The position numbers were made by a program, and so were the translations under genes. Shown piece after piece: positions 57,382-64,000 of a DNA stretch of 64,000 nt (the stretch's first letter is position 1; every line of letters begins with the position of its first letter). The stretch is from assembly GCA_050250255.1 (NCBI GenBank), contig JBFWOZ010000007.1, forward strand, positions 1-64,000, read 5' to 3'. The notes under the pieces were generated by a model. The model ran no database searches and was not told where the DNA came from. It saw only the letters and a program-made list of their open reading frames with translations. The stretch comes from Bdellovibrionales bacterium. Lineage in GTDB: Bacteria; Bdellovibrionota; Bdellovibrionia; Bdellovibrionales; DASUEL01.

Positions 57382-58902
57382 ATGTCGAATCTGACTCCTG
57401 AGCTTGAAAAAGCCAGACTCGAAATCAAAAAAATTGCGGAGAGCTATGGTCTCGACTTTTTCGAAACGATTTTCGAAGTCATCACTTACGATCAAATGAA
57501 TCAGTTCGCCGCTTACGGAGGCTTCCCTGTTCGCTATCCTCACTGGCGCTTTGGAATGGAATATGAATCTCTCTCAAAGGGTTACGAATACGGACTTTCT
57601 AAAATTTACGAAATGGTGATCAACACGAACCCTTGTTATGCCTACCTCATGGAAGGCAATATGCTTGTAGATCAAAAGCTCGTGATGGCTCACGTTTATG
57701 GTCACTGCGACTTCTTTAAAAATAATCAGTGGTTTGGAAAAACGAATCGCAAGATGATGGACGTAATGGCAAACCATGCCACTCGTATTAGTCGATATAT
57801 GGATCGTTATGGGGTTGAAGACGTCGAAAATTTTATCGATCAGTGTTTAAGCATCGAAAATTTGATCGATCGTTACAGTCCTTATATTGAGCCGAGCAAA
57901 GAAAAGAAAGAGTCAGAGGAAACGCCGAAGCCACAAAATCCCTTCTTGTTTCAGACTGAACGCAGTTACATGGATAAGTTTATCAATCCCCCTGATTTAG
58001 TTGAAAAACAGCGAGATGAGCATCAAAAGTCGGAAGAGATTAAACAAGTTTTTGGTCGCCCTGAGCGTGATGTCCTGAATTATTTGATTCAGCACGCGCC
58101 TCTTAAAACTTGGCAGCAGGACATTCTCGCGATCATTCGCGAAGAAGCTTATTATTTTGCTCCCCAGGGTATGACCAAAATCATGAACGAGGGCTGGGCC
58201 TCTTACTGGCATAGCACGATGATGACCCAAAATATTTTATCGGATTCAGAAGTCATTGATTATGCCGATCATCACAGTGGAACGGTTTCAATGACACCGT
58301 CCAGATTTAATCCCTACAAAGTGGGCATTGAATTATTCCGTGATATCGAAGAGCGCTGGAACAAAGGCCAATTTGGTAAAGAGTGGAACGAGTGTGACAA
58401 CTATGGTGAGCGAAGAAATTGGAATAAAAAATTAGGACTTGGTCGTCAAAAAATTTATGAAGTTCGACGAGATTACAATGACGTCACTTTTATCGATACG
58501 TTTATGACCGAAGAGTTTTGCGTTCAAAATAAATTATTCGTTTACAAATTTAATAAAAAAACTCAGCGCTACGAAATCGACACGAAAGATTTCAAACAGA
58601 TCAAAAGACAACTTCTGTTTCAATTAACCAATTGGGGCCAGCCGATCATTGAAGTGATTGATGGAAATTTTGAAAACCGTGGTGAGTTGTTATTAAGGCA
58701 TCTCTATGAGGGTGTCGATATGCAACCCGATTACATGGAGGCGACGCTCAAAAATATTCAAGCGATTTGGGGGCGTCCCGTGAATCTTGCCACTTACATG
58801 GATCAAGAGCCAAAAGTTTATCATTTCAATGGCAAAGAATTTAAAGATCTCACGAACAGTAACAGCCAGCCGCTCGCAAAGGGTGAAGCCAATAAAGGTT
58901 AG
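57382..58902 (+). CDS. spoVR: SpoVR/YcgB family
   Basis: [39 protein letters not shown]. Confidence 0.95.
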   Translation: MSNLTPELEKARLEIKKIAESYGLDFFETIFEVITYDQMNQFAAYGGFPVRYPHWRFGMEYESLSKGYEYGLSKIYEMVINTNPCYAYLMEGNMLVDQKLVMAHVYGHCDFFKNNQWFGKTNRKMMDVMANHATRISRYMDRYGVEDVENFIDQCLSIENLIDRYSPYIEPSKEKKESEETPKPQNPFLFQTERSYMDKFINPPDLVEKQRDEHQKSEEIKQVFGRPERDVLNYLIQHAPLKTWQQDILAIIREEAYYFAPQGMTKIMNEGWASYWHSTMMTQNILSDSEVIDYADHHSGTVSMTPSRFNPYKVGIELFRDIEERWNKGQFGKEWNECDNYGERRNWNKKLGLGRQKIYEVRRDYNDVTFIDTFMTEEFCVQNKLFVYKFNKKTQRYEIDTKDFKQIKRQLLFQLTNWGQPIIEVIDGNFENRGELLLRHLYEGVDMQPDYMEATLKNIQAIWGRPVNLATYMDQEPKVYHFNGKEFKDLTNSNSQPLAKGEANKG

Positions 58903-59312
58903 TTGAGAGCGAAATAGAAAAGTTGGCCGGCAAGCCCTAATATCATGAGCCAACCAGTTGCAAACCAACGTACGCGTTTCATGATGCGATTTTTTCCAAG
59001 ATGTTCAAAGGAGTGTCCTAAGCGACTCGCAACAAAAAGCCATGCGAGAATCAAAGTGATTTGATCCACATTCTTCATTGCAAAGTGGGCAACACAAAGA
59101 ATAAGAAACACGGTCGGCAATTCAAACTGGTGATCGTAATGTCGACCAACGACGACAACACGTTCGGAAGCATCACCCTGGTAGGATTTAAAAAACTGCA
59201 TAGGCATTTTTTTTGATTTGATCGCGCCAAGACGCGTACGAAAATTCAACAGAGCTAAACACCAGATGTAGAACACATAGAAAATCATGGGGAAGAGAAT
59301 TTGTTTTTCCAT
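58899..59312 (-). CDS. MAPEG family membrane protein
   Basis: HQFELPTVF, LAWLFVASRLGHS. Confidence 0.8.
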   Translation of the reverse strand: MEKQILFPMIFYVFYIWCLALLNFRTRLGAIKSKKMPMQFFKSYQGDASERVVVVGRHYDHQFELPTVFLILCVAHFAMKNVDQITLILAWLFVASRLGHSFEHLGKNRIMKRVRWFATGWLMILGLAGQLFYFALN

Positions 59313-59372
59313 GCAGTTACTCGATCATCCCCAATTCTTTTCTGTCAAACCGCGTATTGGCCGCCTATATGG

Positions 59373-60203
59373 CTAAGGTACTGGCTCTAAAATCTGCATT
59401 GCAGAGTAGCCAACGAGACGAATCATGTTGGCGAGATACTTGTAGTTAATCGTATCCCAGGTGTCACAGGCTTGATGGTAGCAGGGCGTGCTGTCTCCAG
59501 TGAAAAACTTTTCTTGAGCGTTCACAGCGGGTAGACCGGCTCTCCAAAAGCTGCCTTGATCTGAGCGACGATTACATTGAATGACTGGCTTCAGAAAAAG
59601 GTTTTGCGTTTGGATTGTATTGATCATGAGTTTTGCGAGAGCATGACTTGCTTCCCCACTCTCAGCACAAACTTGAACTTCCATGCCACCATCATCATTA
59701 GAATCATAACCAATCATATCCATAGTGAAAGCGCCGGCAAAAGGTGGCTTCAAAACTTCTCTTACGAAAATAGAAGAACCGACCAACCCGCTTTCTTCAT
59801 GATCAAAAAAAACGACTTGAATCGTGTTTTTAAAGTTCGTCTTTGCCAATGAGGTCGCAATGATCAGGGCACCAATGCTTCCTGATGTGTTGTCGTCGGC
59901 ACCAGAATAGTAACGGTCATAATGAGCGCCGATAAGAACTGTTTTAGGGGTTGGGGAGGACCCCTTCTTTTCAAAAACTAAATTGAGACCTGAAGCGTAT
60001 CCAAGCTTGAAAGCGTGAGGGGTGTAGCTGTAGCCTAAAGCTTTAAGTGCCTCGATATAATATTGCTGGCGCTGTGCTTGTTCCATCGTTGTGAGAAGCT
60101 TCATCTTTGTAATGAGGTCAGCTTCACTCACTTCAACCTGAGGAAGTGCTAAGGCAGCAGTCGAAAAAAACAAAGTGACAAAAATAGATAAGATGAATTT
60201 CAA
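59373..60203 (-). CDS. Secreted M28 family metallopeptidase
   Basis: GAHYD, GADDNTSG, DHEESG, MDMIG, YHQACD; likely TTG start after AAGGAG. Confidence 0.9.
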   Translation of the reverse strand: MKFILSIFVTLFFSTAALALPQVEVSEADLITKMKLLTTMEQAQRQQYYIEALKALGYSYTPHAFKLGYASGLNLVFEKKGSSPTPKTVLIGAHYDRYYSGADDNTSGSIGALIIATSLAKTNFKNTIQVVFFDHEESGLVGSSIFVREVLKPPFAGAFTMDMIGYDSNDDGGMEVQVCAESGEASHALAKLMINTIQTQNLFLKPVIQCNRRSDQGSFWRAGLPAVNAQEKFFTGDSTPCYHQACDTWDTINYKYLANMIRLVGYSAMQILEPVP

Positions 60204-60301
60204 GCAGTCTCCTTTAAACAAAAAATGTCTAAAGGATATATTCATAGTTTAAACAAATATGCAAGTGGGCGAAACTGAAGAGGACGTATTAAAATACGAA
60301 A

Positions 60302-60772
60302 CTAATCGTCGTCTTCGTCCGCGTAATCTTCATCATCCTCGTCGAGATCAAGATCGTCGTCGTCATCGTCGTCTTCATCCTCTTCGTCGTCTGTACGAGC
60401 CGCTTTTTTGTTAGCGGTTTCGAGGAAGTCCGCGAGTTCTTGTGGGCTTTCGGCTTCAACACGAATGAGCCAGCCATCACCCATAGGATCTTCAGAGATG
60501 AGTTCGGGATTTTCAATGACGGAAGCATTCACTTCGATCACGTTGCCTCTGACGGGAACGTAGAGATGAAGAGGTCCGTCGCGGGTATCAAGCTCACCAC
60601 AAACCTCATCGGCATCAACAACCGTGTTTTCTGTTGGTAATTCTGCAGAAGTGATTTCGCTCAGTTCGTCTAAGCCTTCTTCTGTGATTCCAATAGTTAA
60701 GACACTGTCATTCACAGTAATCCACTCATATTCAGCGTATGGAATAAAATCTTCTTCAAAATCTTTTGCCAT
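60302..60772 (-). CDS. Glycine cleavage H-protein-like, acidic tail, no lipoyl-Lys
   Basis: YEWI, TIGIT, PVRGNVIEVN, PELISEDPMGDGWL; DTRD at the ESVK site. Confidence 0.8.
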   Translation of the reverse strand: MAKDFEEDFIPYAEYEWITVNDSVLTIGITEEGLDELSEITSAELPTENTVVDADEVCGELDTRDGPLHLYVPVRGNVIEVNASVIENPELISEDPMGDGWLIRVEAESPQELADFLETANKKAARTDDEEDEDDDDDDDLDLDEDDEDYADEDDD

Positions 60773-60940
60773 TTTTTCTCTCCGAAGTGTGAGGAAGCTA
60801 TCAAATGCTAACAAAGACCGCCATCTTTTTTCTGTTACTGCATTGCTTCCCAATAAATTATTTTATGAGTCCTCGTGTTGCGCGACCCCCTTATTTTTGA
60901 TACAAGCATCGACCGTCTAAAAAATTCTGGGGGGAATGAA

Positions 60941-61570
60941 ATGGATGTAAATACGAATTCTACGGAGTCGGCTGTCCTTTCGAGCACTTTATTCGTCTAT
61001 GGTTCATTTTATGAGGGGATGGTTCACTTTGAGCGTATTGCTCCATTTATTAGCAAAAAAGAAGATGCCGTTTTAAAAGCCACAGCTTATCGTTTGGATG
61101 CAGGTTATCCTGTTCTTCTATTAGAGGGTGAAGATACGATTCGCGGCCAACTCGTTTCTATTGAAGCTCCTGAAACTCTTTGGAAACTTCTTGATGAATT
61201 TCATGGTTATTCTTTAAAAACTCCTGAAAAAAGTCTTTTCTTTAGAGCCTCTGTAGAAGTGGAAGTGAATGGAGAAAAAATCCATAGCTGTTCGTATGTG
61301 ATGAATCCTATTAAACTTCCACGATCCGCACAAAAAATTGAAAATGGAGACTGGCAAGGTTCCATCACCGCTCGTGAACCGATGGTAAAAACTTTGACTG
61401 TGAATCAGCGAACTTATGTTCAAAAGCTAGGTCGCTCCACAGGTCGCGATATTGTCCCTATTAACCTCGACCTTTATCGAGAGTTAATGAACAAGGGGCT
61501 TATCGTAGACAAAGGTCGAAGACTCGCGCTCACTTCTCTCGGACAAGAAGTGTTTCGATATCTGGAATGA
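60941..61570 (+). CDS. Gamma-glutamylcyclotransferase-like protein with C-terminal extension
   Basis: LFVYGS, GYP, IENGDW. Confidence 0.8.
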   Translation: MDVNTNSTESAVLSSTLFVYGSFYEGMVHFERIAPFISKKEDAVLKATAYRLDAGYPVLLLEGEDTIRGQLVSIEAPETLWKLLDEFHGYSLKTPEKSLFFRASVEVEVNGEKIHSCSYVMNPIKLPRSAQKIENGDWQGSITAREPMVKTLTVNQRTYVQKLGRSTGRDIVPINLDLYRELMNKGLIVDKGRRLALTSLGQEVFRYLE

Positions 61571-62037
61571 GTTCTTCCAAGTTTCATGTTGTTCTTGTTG
61601 AACCAGAAATTCCTAATAATACCGGGAATATTGGTCGCACCTGCGTTGCTGCGACTTGCGATCTTCATTTGATAGGGAAACTCGGCTTTGAGATCACCGA
61701 TACCAATTTAAAGCGCGCAGGCCTCGATTATTGGCAACATTTGAGCTGGTATCACCATGCAAGTTGGGAAGAGTGGCTCAAACAGGTTCCAGATTCGAGC
61801 CGCATTTTTCTTTTTACGGCTAAGGCCAAGAAAAGCCTCTTCCAAGCTCAGTTCCAGGAAGGTGATTGGCTCGTATTTGGTAAGGAAACTGAAGGATTAT
61901 CGGCTGATATTGTTGCGCAGCATAATGAGCGTGCGCTCACAATTCCTCAATATGGCCCCGTAAGAAGTTTGAATCTCGCAAATGCGGTCACCGTAGCCGT
62001 GTATGAGGCCATTCGTCAGATCCATTTCCCCTCTTAA
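61567..62037 (+). CDS. trmL: tRNA (cytidine(34)-2'-O)-methyltransferase
   Basis: PEIPNNTGNIGRTC, RAGLDYW, FGKETEGL, RSLNLAN. Confidence 0.95.
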   Translation: MSSSKFHVVLVEPEIPNNTGNIGRTCVAATCDLHLIGKLGFEITDTNLKRAGLDYWQHLSWYHHASWEEWLKQVPDSSRIFLFTAKAKKSLFQAQFQEGDWLVFGKETEGLSADIVAQHNERALTIPQYGPVRSLNLANAVTVAVYEAIRQIHFPS

Positions 62038-62088
62038 GCACGACTGCGAAATAGACACTCGATGTAGGAAGCGATAAGCTACATTTCT

Positions 62089-64000
62089 ATGTTTAAAAGT
62101 CTCATGGCTGCTGTAGTAGGCACCAAGCACGATCGGGATATGAAACGTCTGCAACCCACTGTGGTTCAGATCAACTCCTTTGAGTCCAAGCTCAAAAATT
62201 TTACGGATGCGGAATTACAGTCGCAGACGGCAAAGTTTCGCGAGCGTTTGTCGCGCGGAGAAGCGCTCGACTCCATTTTACCTGAAGCGTTTGCAACGGT
62301 TCGCGAAGGTTCTCGCCGCGTTTTAGGAATGAGACATTACGATGTGCAGTTGATTGGTGGACTTGTACTTCATCAAGGTAAAATTGCAGAGATGAAAACA
62401 GGAGAAGGAAAAACTCTCGTCGCCACTTTGCCAGTGTACACAAATGCCCTTGAGGGAAAAGGTGTTCACGTTGTAACGGTGAACGATTATCTTGCAAAAC
62501 GTGACTCCGAGTGGATGGGTCGCCTTTATAGTTTTCTTGGAATGAAGACAGGCATTATTGTTCACGAACTCAATGATCGCCAAAGAAAAGAATCATACGG
62601 AAGCGACATCACTTACGGAACAAATAACGAATTTGGTTTCGATTACCTTCGCGACAACATGAAGTTTGAGCTTTCGTCTTACGTGCAAAGAGGCTTCAAC
62701 TACGCCATCGTGGATGAGTGTGACTCTATTTTAGTGGATGAAGCACGTACGCCTCTTATTATTTCAGGTCCTTCGGAAGACTCCACTGACAAATATTATA
62801 CCGTGAACAAAGTGATCCCGAGCCTTCTTCGTGGAAAACACTTTGAGATGGAAGAAAAATCCAAAACCGCTTCGCTTACCGAAGAGGGTGCAACGAAAGT
62901 CGAAGAATTACTTTCTATCGACAATCTTTACGAACCTGCGCACATCGAAATTCTTCATCATATCTATCAAGGCTTAAAAGCTCATCATCTCTATCGTCGT
63001 GACGTGGAGTACATGGTGAAAGATGGCGAAGTGGTTATCGTCGATGATTTTACAGGCCGACTTATGCCAGGTCGTCGTTGGAGCGATGGGCTTCACCAAG
63101 CGATCGAAGCAAAAGAGGGTGTAGAAGTTCGTAGCGAAAACCAAACGCTCGCGACAATCACATTCCAAAATTATTTCCGTATGTACAAAAAACTGTCGGG
63201 CATGACGGGAACAGCCGACACCGAAGCAGTGGAATTTAAGAAGATTTATAATCTTGATGTCATCGTGATTCCAACCAACAGGGCGGTTTCGCGTAAAGAC
63301 ATGAACGATGTTGTTTACAAGACGGAAGAAGGAAAGTTTAAGGCCCTCGCGACAGATATCAAAGAACGACACCAGGCGGGTCAGCCAGTTCTTGTTGGTA
63401 CCGTGAGTATCGAAAAGTCGGAAAAACTCAGCACCTATCTTAAAAAGCAAAATGTGACTCACAATGTACTCAATGCCAAACATCACGAGCGTGAAGCCGA
63501 GATCATTGCGCAGGCGGGACGAAAAGGGGCAGTCACGATCGCTACCAACATGGCAGGTCGTGGAACCGATATTCTTTTGGGCGGTAACCCAGAAGGGCTC
63601 GCGAAGAAACTTCACAAAGATGAAGAGTCTGAAGATTTCAAAAAAGAAGTCGCTAAGTGGAAAGAAACCACGGAGCAAGAAAAACGTGAAGTGATTGAGG
63701 CCGGCGGCCTCTACATTATGGGAACCGAACGTCACGAATCTCGTCGTATTGATAATCAGCTTCGAGGTCGAGCGGGTCGTCAGGGAGATCCGGGAGCTTC
63801 TAAGTTTTACCTTTCTCTTGAAGACAATCTCATGCGCATTTTTAGCGGTGAGCGTATTCAAAAACTAATGACCATGCTGAATATGCCAGACGATGAACCT
63901 ATCGAAGCACCGATGGTGAACCGTGCTATTGAAGGCGCACAAAGAAAAGTAGAGGGTCACAACTTCGATATTCGTAAACATCTTCTTGAATATGACGATG
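62089..64000 (+). CDS. secA: Preprotein translocase ATPase SecA (3'-partial; absent from ORF track because it runs off the end)
   Basis: [16 protein letters not shown]..., [49 protein letters not shown]. Confidence 0.97.
   Translation, partial: MFKSLMAAVVGTKHDRDMKRLQPTVVQINSFESKLKNFTDAELQSQTAKFRERLSRGEALDSILPEAFATVREGSRRVLGMRHYDVQLIGGLVLHQGKIAEMKTGEGKTLVATLPVYTNALEGKGVHVVTVNDYLAKRDSEWMGRLYSFLGMKTGIIVHELNDRQRKESYGSDITYGTNNEFGFDYLRDNMKFELSSYVQRGFNYAIVDECDSILVDEARTPLIISGPSEDSTDKYYTVNKVIPSLLRGKHFEMEEKSKTASLTEEGATKVEELLSIDNLYEPAHIEILHHIYQGLKAHHLYRRDVEYMVKDGEVVIVDDFTGRLMPGRRWSDGLHQAIEAKEGVEVRSENQTLATITFQNYFRMYKKLSGMTGTADTEAVEFKKIYNLDVIVIPTNRAVSRKDMNDVVYKTEEGKFKALATDIKERHQAGQPVLVGTVSIEKSEKLSTYLKKQNVTHNVLNAKHHEREAEIIAQAGRKGAVTIATNMAGRGTDILLGGNPEGLAKKLHKDEESEDFKKEVAKWKETTEQEKREVIEAGGLYIMGTERHESRRIDNQLRGRAGRQGDPGASKFYLSLEDNLMRIFSGERIQKLMTMLNMPDDEPIEAPMVNRAIEGAQRKVEGHNFDIRKHLLEYDD

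Noticed and set aside
54171..58902. prkA-yeaH-spoVR as a novel or sporulation system
   Set aside because: A well-known, widely conserved triad also found in non-sporulating bacteria
60302..60392. TCG/TCA trinucleotide repeats
   Set aside because: They encode the Asp/Glu tail of the GcvH-like protein
62201..63861. Minus-strand ORFs of up to 295 aa
   Set aside because: Antisense shadows of secA; the same applies to the many nested ORFs inside fadE, the PBP gene, glpD, mreB and yeaH

Overview
Chromosomal segment of a roughly 42% GC bacterium (GC estimated by eye). Gene content suggests Bdellovibrionota: many orphan signal-peptide proteins, PA14 and VWA lipoproteins, a stand-alone mreB, an RRM protein and a PhaR-type protein. 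This assignment is inference. Most of the window is housekeeping: cystathionine enzymes, tRNA-Phe, suhB, alkA, fadE, a PBP, tesA-ybbA-ybbP, glpD, mreB, lpoB, prkA-yeaH-spoVR, trmL and a partial secA. The standout is a tightly coupled minus-strand operon (32870 to 23821): leucyl aminopeptidase, atypical SDR, luciferase-like monooxygenase, class 3 asparaginase-like hydrolase, 2-aminomuconic semialdehyde dehydrogenase, 2-aminophenol 1,6-dioxygenase beta subunit, an alpha subunit fused to a RidA deaminase, and kynurenine formamidase. It looks like a kynurenine catabolic cluster, yet the window has no kynureninase, KMO, 3-HAO or ACMSD gene. I propose an alternative route (untested): Baeyer-Villiger oxidation of kynurenine to a beta-aspartyl derivative of 2-aminophenol, hydrolysis to L-aspartate plus 2-aminophenol, then meta-cleavage. 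Other observations are sigma-54-like promoters before orphan secreted genes, several palindromic or heptamer repeat elements, an unannotated 42-aa ORF, a truncated nucleotidyltransferase/antitoxin pair and two apparent pseudoenzymes. I saw no CRISPR array, rRNA or transposase.
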